A stretch of 62,074 nucleotides of DNA, filler included. It is 4 parts of 4 records of this genome, joined end to end, with 100 filler letters (N's around TTAATTAATTAA, not from the genome) between each part and the next. Parts side by side here need not be neighbours in the genome. Positions count along the whole stretch, not along the records: positions 1 to 17,929 come from DRR723986_6290; 3 more parts are not named here. One strand, 5' to 3'. The notes under the pieces were generated by a model, which did no database searches, was not told the origin of the DNA, and saw only the letters and a program-made list of their open reading frames with translations. Made by a program: the position numbers and the translations under genes. Shown here one piece after another: positions 1 to 9,007 of this stretch; within the stretch, counting starts at the first letter, position 1, and each line of letters opens with the position of its first letter.

Positions 1-111
1 GTGCTGGCCGGGGCCATATTCGCGGCGGTTAACGGGCGATTTGGGGCGGCCCCAAATGTTTTCGCCCATGCGGCGGTCGATTTTGTACTTGGCAGACGTG
101 CGTTTGGTCAC
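1..111 (-). CDS. rpsD: 30S ribosomal protein S4, N-terminal part (truncated by window edge)
   Basis: Own translation from GTG at 111: [37 protein letters not shown], the alphaproteobacterial S4 N-terminus; SD AGGAAGGA upstream; missing from the ORF track. Confidence 0.95.
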   Translation of the reverse strand, partial: MTKRTSAKYKIDRRMGENIWGRPKSPVNRREYGPGQH

Positions 112-275
112 GGCTGATATCCTTCCTATAAATGCAGGCCTTGCGGCCAGAATGAAGGGCGTTGTCCTTTGGCATTGCACATGCGCGTGCATAACAATAC
201 CCGACAGGCGTCCCCTTGCGGGGGCCACCAACACCAATAGGGGGGGCTAATGGCGAATGCCCGCCCCGGTGTCAA
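112..275 (-). promoter_or_regulatory. rpsD promoter and structured 5' leader
   Basis: TTGACA on minus strand at 270-275; two GCAA-tetraloop hairpins (212-223, 137-148) and long-range complementarity 229-235/158-164. Confidence 0.55.
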
Positions 276-293
276 GCAGATTCGCCCCAGGCC

Positions 294-1367
294 CTAGGCC
301 GCTTTGTGCAGCAATATCGCGGCATCCGTGGCGCTTAGGCTGCGGCGCGCAAAACTGCCATAGCTGGTTGCGTCATGTTCCAGCAGCGGCTGCAGGGCAA
401 ACAGGCGCTGGCGATCTGCATCAGACAGGGTAGACAGGGCCGTGCTGGCGGGGTGAAAGCTTTCGCATTCCACGCCATTGGCCCAAACCACATGATGGGC
501 AGGCAACATCAGATGAATATATGTCACCTCGCGCAGGGCGCTATCCACCACAACCGTTTGGCCATTCACCAGATCGGCGGCGCGCACCAGCACCTCGGGG
601 GTGTTAAACAGCGCCCGGGCAGAGGGGCCAGTCACCAAAAGCCGGTGTTCGGGCGACAGCAGCAGTTCCTGATCTGGCCGTTCGATACCAAAGGCCCCTG
701 CCCGCACACGCACAGGGCGCAGGTTTGGCATGGCAAACAGCCGTGCCCCCGTCATGCGGCGCTGACCGATCCATAAGATATCTTGCGGGCCGCTGTCTTT
801 GGTTTGCACCTGCTGGCCCTCGCGCAGCGCCTCTACGGGGCGGGGGCCCTGCGGTGTTTGGATCATGGTGCCGGGGGTAAAACAAATCACCCCCCCGCTG
901 GCCGGGCCCATGGGGTTTGTGCGGGCCTGGTTGCCCAAATTGTGATGCACCACCCATAAATCGCGCATGCGCGGCGGCACCTGGCCCGAGAACATCACCA
1001 AGGGCTGCCCCCCATGGCCCACAGGTATCACCGTCAGCGTATAGGTTTTCAGCCCATCGCTGACGATAATGGCAGTGTCATCTGAAAGCATGGCAGCCTC
1101 GTCTGCTGCCTGTTGCCGCGCCAGCGTGTCGCCCATAGCAACCCCAACCAACCGGCGCACCGCACGCGCAGCGCGCTTGCGGCTATCTTCTTGCATGTCT
1201 GCATCTTCCAGCCGCAACATCGAGGCAGGCCCATCCACGCGGATAAGCTCGCCCCCCCACGACCAAGCAGCGCCCACTGTCAGAATATCAATTGGGGCGG
1301 CTTGAAAGCCGTCTAGTGCCGTTTGCGACCAAGAGATGACAAACGTGCCCCCACAGCCCGTTTTCAT
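294..1367 (-). CDS. Hint (Hedgehog/intein, BIL-type) domain protein
   Basis: ICFTPGTMIQTPQG Hint start, LSPEHRLL block, YIHLML...HHVVWANGVECESFHP end. Confidence 0.88.
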   Translation of the reverse strand: MKTGCGGTFVISWSQTALDGFQAAPIDILTVGAAWSWGGELIRVDGPASMLRLEDADMQEDSRKRAARAVRRLVGVAMGDTLARQQAADEAAMLSDDTAIIVSDGLKTYTLTVIPVGHGGQPLVMFSGQVPPRMRDLWVVHHNLGNQARTNPMGPASGGVICFTPGTMIQTPQGPRPVEALREGQQVQTKDSGPQDILWIGQRRMTGARLFAMPNLRPVRVRAGAFGIERPDQELLLSPEHRLLVTGPSARALFNTPEVLVRAADLVNGQTVVVDSALREVTYIHLMLPAHHVVWANGVECESFHPASTALSTLSDADRQRLFALQPLLEHDATSYGSFARRSLSATDAAILLHKAA

Positions 1368-1475
1368 ATCTTTGCCTGTCTGTCTGCCTCAATTTTTTTA
1401 TTACCCTTAGGTTAGCAGAACCGCGCTGACGGGAAAAGTGTTTTTGTGATCAACGATAAACCTTTGATTGCAGGG

Positions 1476-2177
1476 TCATACCGACAGATAGGCATCGCGA
1501 ATTTCAGGTTGGGCGTTCAGCTCGGCCAATGTGCCCACAAATTTCTGGCTGCCGCCCTCGATAATCACCGCGCAATCGGCCACCGCGCGGGCGAAATGCA
1601 GGTTTTGTTCGGATAGCAGCACAGTCAGCCCCTCGGCTTTCAGCTGTTGGATCACCCGCGCCATTTGTTCAACAATCACCGGCGCGATACCCTCGCTGGG
1701 CTCGTCCAGCAGCACAAAGCTGGGGTTGCCCATCAAGGTGCGCGCGATGGTCAACATCTGCTGTTCCCCCCCCGAAAGCGCCTTGCCGCGGTTTCCCCGC
1801 CGCTCGGCCAGGTTGGGGAAAAGATCAAACAGCATGTCTTGGGTCCATGTCACCGTGCCATCGCGCGGGGCCTGGCGGCCCACCTCTAGGTTTTCCAGCA
1901 CGGTCAGATCGGTGAAAATGCGCCGTTCTTCGGGCACATAGCCCAGGCCCAGCTTGGCCACGCGGTGGGCAGGCCAGCCGGTGATATCTTGGCCCTGAAA
2001 GGTGACTTGGCCAGATTTCGGCTGCACCAGCTGCATGATCGATTTCATTGTGGTGGTTTTGCCCGCCCCGTTTCGGCCAAGCAACGCCACCACCTGCCCG
2101 CGCGCCACCTGAAAGCTGAGATTGTTCAGCACATGGGCCTTGCCATAAAAGCTGTTGATATCGGCCAGCTCAAGCAT
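1476..2177 (-). CDS. Branched-chain-type ABC transporter ATPase (LivF-like)
   Basis: GRNGAGKTT Walker A, LSGGEQQM, LLDEPSEG; ATG at 2177 overlaps upstream stop. Confidence 0.93.
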   Translation of the reverse strand: MLELADINSFYGKAHVLNNLSFQVARGQVVALLGRNGAGKTTTMKSIMQLVQPKSGQVTFQGQDITGWPAHRVAKLGLGYVPEERRIFTDLTVLENLEVGRQAPRDGTVTWTQDMLFDLFPNLAERRGNRGKALSGGEQQMLTIARTLMGNPSFVLLDEPSEGIAPVIVEQMARVIQQLKAEGLTVLLSEQNLHFARAVADCAVIIEGGSQKFVGTLAELNAQPEIRDAYLSV

Positions 2178-2946
2178 CTTGCACCTCGTCAGAATTGAAC
2201 ACCGTGCCACCGCCCAAATACACCTCTTGCACCCGGGGGTCGGTGCGCACCTCGGCCACGCTGCCATTGGCGATCAGCTGCCCACGGTTGAGCACCATGA
2301 TGCGATGCGAATGGGCAAAAACCACATCCATATCATGTTCGGTAAACAGCACAGATACGCCGCGCTCGCGCACGATATCGGCGGTCAGCTGCATCAACCC
2401 CACGCGTTCACGCGGGGCCATGCCGGCGGTGGGCTCGTCCATCAACAGCACATCGGGGTCATGGGCCAGGGCGATGGCCAGTTCGAGCCTTTTGAGATCG
2501 CCATAGGCCAGCACCGCGCAATGGCGCTCGGCCTGATCGGCCATGCCCACCATCTGCAGCAGCGCCAGCGCCTCGGCGCGATACATGCGGTGGGCATAGG
2601 GCAAAACGCTAAACACTTGCCGATGATGTGACAGCAGCGCCATCTGCACGTTTTCGATCACCGTCATCGAGGAATAAGTCGCCGTAATCTGAAAGGTGCG
2701 CCCCACCCCCAGCCGCCAAATGCGCCGCGGCGACAGGCCGGTGATATTTTGCCCATTCAGATGCACCGTGCCCTTGCTGGGCGGCAACTGCCCCATCAGC
2801 ATGTTGAAACAAGTGCTTTTGCCGGCACCATTGGGCCCGATCAACGCCAGCAATTCGCCTTTGGCCAGGCTAAAGCTGACATCATCCACCGCCACAATGC
2901 CGCCAAAAGATTTGGTCAGGCCGCGGGTTTCCAAAACTGTGGTCAT
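2170..2946 (-). CDS. Branched-chain-type ABC transporter ATPase (LivG-like)
   Basis: GPNGAGKST, LAYGDLKRLE, MDEPTAGM, EHDMD. Confidence 0.93.
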   Translation of the reverse strand: MTTVLETRGLTKSFGGIVAVDDVSFSLAKGELLALIGPNGAGKSTCFNMLMGQLPPSKGTVHLNGQNITGLSPRRIWRLGVGRTFQITATYSSMTVIENVQMALLSHHRQVFSVLPYAHRMYRAEALALLQMVGMADQAERHCAVLAYGDLKRLELAIALAHDPDVLLMDEPTAGMAPRERVGLMQLTADIVRERGVSVLFTEHDMDVVFAHSHRIMVLNRGQLIANGSVAEVRTDPRVQEVYLGGGTVFNSDEVQDA

Positions 2947-4805
2947 TTCTGGTCCTCCGTCTGGCGCAACAGGCCCAGCCGCTCGCCCGCCTTGCGCAGC
3001 GAGCCCACGATGCCATCGGGCGCCAGAATAACCACGCCGATAATCAGCAGGCCCAAGGCCAAACGCCAATATTCAAAGCGCACCAGCACCTCTTCGACAC
3101 CCTTAAAGAAGGCGCCCCCCACCAGCCCGCCAGCCAGCGTTTTCACACCCCCCAAAAACACCACAATCAGCGCATCGAAACTGCGGGCGATTTCCAGCTC
3201 GTTCGGGAAAACACTGCCTTTTGAGAACACAAACAAGCCCCCCGCCAGCCCGGCGATCATACCGGCAAAGCCAAAGGCCAGCAGTTGCACGCGCTTGGTG
3301 TTGATGCCTGTGGCCTCGGCCTGGCGGGCGCTGTCGCGCGCGGCGCGCAACGCATAGCCAAAGGGCGAATGCGCCACATGGCGCAGCGCCAGCATACCGC
3401 CCACCGATAAAATCAGAGCAAAGTAGAAAAAGATCGTGGTGTCGTTTAGCCAATCAGCAGGCCAGATATTGACCAGCCCATCATCGCCGCCCGTCACATC
3501 GCCCCATTGGAACACCAAGCTCCAGATCAGCTGGGCAAAGGCCAGGGTAAGCATGGCAAAATACACCCCCGTCAGGCGCAAACACACCCAGCCAATCAGC
3601 AGCGCTGCCAGCCCCGCGCCGATGGGCGCCAAGACAAAGGCCAGCTCCATCGGTGATTGCGCATGCGTCACCATCAGCGCCGCCACATAGGCGCCACCGC
3701 CAAAATAGGCCGCATGCCCAAAGCTGACCAAGCCCCCCAAGCCCAGCAGAAAATGCAGCGAGGCGGCAAAGAGGCAAAAGATCAAAATATCGGTCGCCAA
3801 AACCTGCGAAAAGCTAGAGCCATAAAGCGGCAGCGCCGCCAAGGCCGCAACGCCCGCCGCCACCAGCAGCCGCACCTGCAGGCCTGCGGGTTTGATCGGG
3901 CGCTCTGGCTCGCCCACTTGGCCATGCTCGCCCGCCACCTCTTCGCGGCCAAACAGCCCATAAGGGCGGATCATCAGCACCAGCACCATCACCACAAACA
4001 TCAGCACCAATGTCGATTGCGGCAGATAGGTTACGCCAAAGACGTTCAGCACCGAGATAATCACCGCCGCCAGATAGGCGCCCGGCAGCGACCCCATGCC
4101 ACCAATTACCACCACCACGAACACGGCTGTCAGAATGTTGAAATCCATCATCAGATCAGCGCCACCTTTTGGCAGCTGCAGCGCCCCGCCCAAACCGGCC
4201 AACGCCGTGCCCAGCGCAAAAACGCCCGTAAACAGCCACGCCTGGTTTACGCCCAGGGCGCCCACCATCTCGCGGTCTTGGGTGGCGGCGCGCACCAAAA
4301 TGCCCAGCCGGGTTTTGGTGATCAGATACCAAAGGCCCAGCGCCACAAAGGGGGTGATAACCAGCAAGGCGATGTCATATTTGGGAATAGGCTCGCCCAG
4401 AATAAACACCACGCCGCGCAGCCCCGGGGCACGCGGGCCCAGCAGGTCTTCGGGGCCCCAGATCATCAGCGCCAGATCCTGGATTACCAAGATCACGCCA
4501 AATGTGGCCACCAGCTGAAACAGCTCGGGCGCGCGGTAGACAGGGCGCAAAACCAGCATTTCCACGATCATGCCCAACAGGCCCACAGCCAGGCCCGCCA
4601 GCAAAATGGCCCCCCAAAACCCAACAGCCCCCGGCAACACCTGCATCAAGGTGTAGCCCACATAGGCGCCAATCATATAAAACGATCCATGGGCAAAATT
4701 GACAATGCGGGTTACGCCAAAGATCAGGCTAAGCCCCGATGCCACCATGAAAAGGGCGCCCGCATTGGCAAGCCCTGTCAACAGCTGTGCGATGAACAGC
4801 CCCAT
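2943..4805 (-). CDS. Fused LivH-LivM-type ABC permease
   Basis: N-half GLSLIFGVTRIVNFAHG (LivH) and C-half GLVSFGHAAYFG (LivM) in one 620-aa hydrophobic ORF. Confidence 0.92.
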   Translation of the reverse strand: MGLFIAQLLTGLANAGALFMVASGLSLIFGVTRIVNFAHGSFYMIGAYVGYTLMQVLPGAVGFWGAILLAGLAVGLLGMIVEMLVLRPVYRAPELFQLVATFGVILVIQDLALMIWGPEDLLGPRAPGLRGVVFILGEPIPKYDIALLVITPFVALGLWYLITKTRLGILVRAATQDREMVGALGVNQAWLFTGVFALGTALAGLGGALQLPKGGADLMMDFNILTAVFVVVVIGGMGSLPGAYLAAVIISVLNVFGVTYLPQSTLVLMFVVMVLVLMIRPYGLFGREEVAGEHGQVGEPERPIKPAGLQVRLLVAAGVAALAALPLYGSSFSQVLATDILIFCLFAASLHFLLGLGGLVSFGHAAYFGGGAYVAALMVTHAQSPMELAFVLAPIGAGLAALLIGWVCLRLTGVYFAMLTLAFAQLIWSLVFQWGDVTGGDDGLVNIWPADWLNDTTIFFYFALILSVGGMLALRHVAHSPFGYALRAARDSARQAEATGINTKRVQLLAFGFAGMIAGLAGGLFVFSKGSVFPNELEIARSFDALIVVFLGGVKTLAGGLVGGAFFKGVEEVLVRFEYWRLALGLLIIGVVILAPDGIVGSLRKAGERLGLLRQTEDQK

Positions 4806-4831
4806 AATTCCCCCCAGTCAGGCAGGCGTGG

Positions 4832-4866
4832 AAAAAGAAAACAGCCCCCACAGCGCAGGGGCTGTT
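4832..4866 (-). terminator. Intra-operon hairpin with U-tract after the substrate-binding protein gene
   Basis: Minus strand AACAGCCCC-loop-GGGGCTGTT followed by TTCTTTTT. Confidence 0.6.
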
Positions 4867-4881
4867 GGCCTCTGGTTTGGA

Positions 4882-6093
4882 TCAGTCGGTTTGCGGGCGC
4901 AGGGTGCGCACCACATCATCCGAAGGCAGGTAGTTGGCGCCGTCTTTATAGACCCAATCCACCATCACGCCTTTACCATCTTGCACCGTGGTGCGGCCCA
5001 CATAGGCGCCCATGGTCGATTGATGATCGATCGCGCGATAGGTGATCTGGCCCATCGGGGTATCGACATTGAGGCCTTTGAACGCGGCGCGAATGGCATC
5101 GGTTTCTGTCGAGCCGGCTTTTGCCAGCACCGCGGCGATGGATTGCGCAGTCATATAGCCCACGATCGAGCCCAGGCGGGGGTAGTCATTCCAGCGGGCC
5201 TGATAGGCATCGACAAAGGTTTTGCCCGGCCCATCGGTGATGGCATACCAAGGATAGCCCGTCACAATCCAGCCTTCGGGGGCTTCGGCGCCCAGCGGAT
5301 CCAGGTATTCCGGCTCGCCCGACAGCAGCCCCAAAACCGTGCGGTTTTGGAACAGCCCACGGTCGCCCCCTTCGCGCACCAGCTTGGCCAAATCGGGGCC
5401 AAAGGTGACGTTGTAAATGGCATCGGGCTTGGCGCGTTCCAGCGCCTGCACCTCGGCACCGGCATCGATTTTGAACAGCGCGGGCCACTGTTCGGCCACG
5501 AATTCAGCATCGGGCTGCAGGCGCAGCAGGTTTTCCTTGAACGCGGCCACGGCATCTTTGCCATAGGCATAGTTTGGCGCGATGGTGGCATAGCGTTTTG
5601 CCCCGGTTTTCGCCGCCTCTTCCGCCAGCATCGCCGCCTGCATATAGGTCGAGCTGCGCAAGCGGAACGTATAGGCATTGCCCGACGCCCAGGTGATCGA
5701 ATCTGCCAGCGGTTCAGAGGCCAGATAGACATAGCCCTTTTCCGCCGCCAGCGAGGAAATGGCCAAGCCCACATTCGACAAGATCGTGCCCGTGATCATC
5801 ACCGCGCCATCGCGCGTCATCAGCTCTTCGGCGATCTTCACGGCCTCGCTGGGCTTGCCCTGATCGTCGCGGTAGATGAATTCAAGCGGGCGGCCCAACA
5901 CACCACCGGCTGCATTGATTTCCTCGAGCGCCAATTCGATGCCGTTTTTATACGGCTCGGCAAAGGCTGCCATGCGTTTATAATGGTTGATCTCGCCAAT
6001 TTTGATAGGATCAGCCGCGAAACTGGCCACAGGTGTCAGCGCCAGCGCCGCGGCCCCCATCAGGCCTTTTAGGAAAGTTTTCCGTTTCATCAT
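4882..6093 (-). CDS. ABC transporter substrate-binding protein (Liv/PBP type 1 family), candidate pyridine-carboxylate binder
   Basis: Signal peptide ending ASFA-ADPIKIG; EEINAAGGVLGRPLE..RDD motif; operon context. Confidence 0.9.
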   Translation of the reverse strand: MMKRKTFLKGLMGAAALALTPVASFAADPIKIGEINHYKRMAAFAEPYKNGIELALEEINAAGGVLGRPLEFIYRDDQGKPSEAVKIAEELMTRDGAVMITGTILSNVGLAISSLAAEKGYVYLASEPLADSITWASGNAYTFRLRSSTYMQAAMLAEEAAKTGAKRYATIAPNYAYGKDAVAAFKENLLRLQPDAEFVAEQWPALFKIDAGAEVQALERAKPDAIYNVTFGPDLAKLVREGGDRGLFQNRTVLGLLSGEPEYLDPLGAEAPEGWIVTGYPWYAITDGPGKTFVDAYQARWNDYPRLGSIVGYMTAQSIAAVLAKAGSTETDAIRAAFKGLNVDTPMGQITYRAIDHQSTMGAYVGRTTVQDGKGVMVDWVYKDGANYLPSDDVVRTLRPQTD

Positions 6094-6132
6094 TTTCCCT
6101 CTCTGTTGTCTCTGGTTGCTTTGCCCTTGGCC

Positions 6133-7200
6133 TTAATCCAGCTGGACAAATGTTGGCCTTTCCGGCTCTCCAAGGTCTTCTATTGCCTCGGCTTCTATTA
6201 AGTCGCGAATACGCTTGCGATACACATTTGGTGCCTTGTCGATGGCAATGCGGATCGGTTTGCGCTTTTGCGGTCGCTGCTCTTCAATATGGATGGCCTC
6301 TAACACCTCTTTATCTTCGGCAAAGGCCACCCGGAACATCGCATCCATCTGCGCCGACGCCTCGTGATCGCCCACAGCCGTGTTGCGCAGGTGCATCCAG
6401 TAATCGATGGTGTAATCTTCGGTCACGGGGGTGACGAAATGCAACGCAAAGATGCGCACGCCCTGATCGCGGTTTTCCTCGGGCAGGTTCAACGCGGCAT
6501 CGGCACTGCCAAAATCGATCACCGCGGTAGATGGCAGATGCAGGTAGTAGTAGTGCCAGCGATCAACATTGCCGCTGAACCCACCGAATTTCTGGAAAAA
6601 CCCAACCGGCGGCGCATTGCGTATCCACCGCCAGGCGGCGATCACCTTGCCGCTGGTTGAGACATGCACTGGCACATCCTCGGATGCCGCGCTGCCCAGC
6701 GTGGTGGGGTGCACGAAACTGACATGCGCAGGATCGACCAGGTTTTCAGCCACATTCAGGTAATGGCCCCGAATATGCAGCCCGTCGCCATGGTGCACAT
6801 GCCAGTTCGGATCAGAAAATTCAGGCATATCGAAAATTTTGCTGGTGTCAGCCTTGGCCGGGTCGCCCATCCACACCCATACAATGCCGTGGCGTTCTTG
6901 CACCGGGTAGGCATCGACATAGGCGCTTTTGGGCAGGTTGTCTTGGCCCGGCACACGCACGCATTTGCCATCGCGCCCAAAGGTCATGCCATGATAGCCG
7001 CATTGTATGGTGTCGCCGATCCGCTTGCCGCGCGACAGGGGCAGTAATTTATGCGGGCAGCGATCTTCCAGCGCCACCAAGGCACCATCGCTGGCGCGGA
7101 AGAAAACCAATGTCTCGCCCACGATCGTCAGCGCCCGCAGCGCCCCGTCAAAATCGCGCGACCACCCTGCGACATACCAGGCATTTTTCACAAAGCTCAT
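6133..7200 (-). CDS. Rieske non-heme iron oxygenase alpha subunit, VanA-like (putative O/N-demethylase)
   Basis: NAWYVAGW start, Rieske ligands CPH..CGYH, mononuclear Fe ENLVDPAHVSFVH and FAED. Confidence 0.88.
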   Translation of the reverse strand: MSFVKNAWYVAGWSRDFDGALRALTIVGETLVFFRASDGALVALEDRCPHKLLPLSRGKRIGDTIQCGYHGMTFGRDGKCVRVPGQDNLPKSAYVDAYPVQERHGIVWVWMGDPAKADTSKIFDMPEFSDPNWHVHHGDGLHIRGHYLNVAENLVDPAHVSFVHPTTLGSAASEDVPVHVSTSGKVIAAWRWIRNAPPVGFFQKFGGFSGNVDRWHYYYLHLPSTAVIDFGSADAALNLPEENRDQGVRIFALHFVTPVTEDYTIDYWMHLRNTAVGDHEASAQMDAMFRVAFAEDKEVLEAIHIEEQRPQKRKPIRIAIDKAPNVYRKRIRDLIEAEAIEDLGEPERPTFVQLD

Positions 7201-7265
7201 GGCGAACCTGCCCCTGCTGTCTGCGGGCAAACCACATTGCCCTAAGGTCAGTGGGCACCAAAATA

Positions 7266-7283
7266 TTGTTAGCTGTCAAACAA
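7266..7283. promoter_or_regulatory. Palindromic operator, copy A (putative MarR/NicR site)
   Basis: TTGTTAG-CTGT-CAAACAA between Rieske gene and marR; contains minus-strand TTGACA; similar copies at 15028 and 15154. Confidence 0.7.
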
Positions 7284-7365
7284 TTTTTTCAGGAAAGCAT
7301 CGGAAAGATGGACCAAGGGCAACTTTCGTGAAAAACTAACACCAAGCAGGGACCACAGGACCACA

Positions 7366-7788
7366 ATGACCGCAGCAGAGCAACACCCTTACCAGCTAGA
7401 AGACCAGATTGGCTTCAAATTGCGGCTGGCAAACCAGCGCCACCTTGAACTTTTTGCGCGCATGATGCCGCAGGTCACACCCACGCAATTTGCGATTCTT
7501 GCAAGGCTGCGCGAAACGGGCCCGATGTCGCAAAACCACCTGGGGCGGTTGGTGGGCATGGATGCCGCCACAACCAAGGGCGTGATTGACCGGCTGAAAA
7601 CCAAAGGGCTGGTTGAAAGCCGGCGCAACGAAACCGATATGCGCCGGCTTGATATTTCGCTCAGCCCGGAAGGTGCGGTTTTTGTGGAGAACGCGGTTGA
7701 AACCGCCCGCGATATCACCCAAGCGACCTTGCGCAACCTGACCCCGCGCGAACAAGAGCGGCTGCTGGCCCTGCTTGACAAGCTGTAA
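7366..7788 (+). CDS. MarR-family regulator (NicR-like)
   Basis: YQLEDQIGFKLRLANQRH, TPTQFAIL, SQNHLGRLVGMDAATTKGVIDRL, DMRR wHTH. Confidence 0.9.
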   Translation: MTAAEQHPYQLEDQIGFKLRLANQRHLELFARMMPQVTPTQFAILARLRETGPMSQNHLGRLVGMDAATTKGVIDRLKTKGLVESRRNETDMRRLDISLSPEGAVFVENAVETARDITQATLRNLTPREQERLLALLDKL

Positions 7789-7832
7789 ACGCCCCCGCGC
7801 GTTTTAGGGCGCGCCGGGGGTGGGCCGCGCCA

Positions 7833-8417
7833 TTAGCGCAGCCCGTCTTTACCTTCGGCTTCGGCATGGGTCAGCCCGCCCACACGCGGCAAGGGGCGGC
7901 CGCTGTCGGTTACGGCCACGGCCACCAATATCTCGTTTGCGCGCGGCGCATCGTTCATGCGCACTTCGACCCCGTCGAAATGGCTGCGCACGTAGGCTGC
8001 ATCTTTGTGGCCCAAGGGCACATCCAAATCTTGGCCCGGCCCACCCATCTTTTTCGAACTGGGCACCAGGGCTGCGCCTTTTTCCACCGCCTGCCGCAGG
8101 GGGGCGCCCAATTTGGGGTGCAAAATGGCGGCGGCATGTTCCAATTCGCCATTCTCGCCCACCATCGCCGCCTTGCCATAGCTTTCCGCCTGCTCGGGTG
8201 CGATGCCCAGCGCCGCCACGCATTTTTGGCCCAAAAGTCCGCCCAATTCGGCACCAATATCGCTGAGCAGCCCTAAATCTTGCTGGAAAACCCCGGCAAA
8301 GGGGTTTTTGATCACCGCCACGGCCACGGCCTTGCGGGTGGGGGGGCTGATCTGCTGGCCCATTTCCTGGTGGGTTTCTTCAACCCAGACCGCCAGCTTG
8401 CGAATCTCTGCGCTCAT
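7833..8417 (-). CDS. DUF1185 / 'amino acid synthesis' family protein
   Basis: AVIKNPFAG, SYGKAAMVGENGELEH, YVRSHFD, DAPRANE. Confidence 0.85.
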   Translation of the reverse strand: MSAEIRKLAVWVEETHQEMGQQISPPTRKAVAVAVIKNPFAGVFQQDLGLLSDIGAELGGLLGQKCVAALGIAPEQAESYGKAAMVGENGELEHAAAILHPKLGAPLRQAVEKGAALVPSSKKMGGPGQDLDVPLGHKDAAYVRSHFDGVEVRMNDAPRANEILVAVAVTDSGRPLPRVGGLTHAEAEGKDGLR

Positions 8418-9007
8418 CTTAAACCGTCCTCTCCCTTGATCTCGCTTGCGGCCAAACCACCGGCGCGGTTGTGCACGCGTGCACCGCTGGTCATGACCAA
8501 AATCACCGCCATTTCATGGGCACGCGGGGCATCGTTCAGCCCCACTTCGATGGCATCGAAATGGCTGCGCACATACGAGGCATCGATATGCGTCACCGGC
8601 ACATCCAGCCGCGTGCCCACGCCCCCCACCTTTTTGGTCGAGGGCACAATGGCCTTGGCCCCGCCCAGCACCTCGCGCATGGCATAGCCACCGGGCGCAT
8701 GCCACAGGGCGCCATGCTCGATCTCGCCTTCGGCCCCGATGATGGCGCCTTTTCCATAGCCCTGCACCAAGGCCACATCCCCCCCCATATCTGCCAACAG
8801 CCTTTTGGCCATATCCACGCCTAAGGGTTTCAGATCTTCCATAAAGGGCTGAATGTCTTCGACATAGGCGCCTGCAAACGGGTTTTCGATCACCGCCATC
8901 ACATAGCCCCGGCGCAAGGGCACGTTGGCCCGCGGTCCGCCCTCGTGGTAGATCTCTTCGATCGATGTCACCAATTTGCGGATTTTAACCTGTGGCATGG
9001 TGTGCAT
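8414..9007 (-). CDS. DUF1185 / 'amino acid synthesis' family protein (paralog)
   Basis: AVIENPFAG, GYGKGAIIGAEGEIEH, YVRSHFD, DAPRAHE; start may be 8998. Confidence 0.85.
   Translation of the reverse strand: MHTMPQVKIRKLVTSIEEIYHEGGPRANVPLRRGYVMAVIENPFAGAYVEDIQPFMEDLKPLGVDMAKRLLADMGGDVALVQGYGKGAIIGAEGEIEHGALWHAPGGYAMREVLGGAKAIVPSTKKVGGVGTRLDVPVTHIDASYVRSHFDAIEVGLNDAPRAHEMAVILVMTSGARVHNRAGGLAASEIKGEDGLR

Noticed and set aside
41-250. 69-aa plus-strand ORF
   Set aside because: Antisense to rpsD and its leader
3657-6072. Long plus-strand ORFs (462 and 457 aa), likewise 16372-17925 minus and 55383-57344 plus
   Set aside because: Shadow ORFs of high-GC genes on the opposite strand; no recognizable motifs
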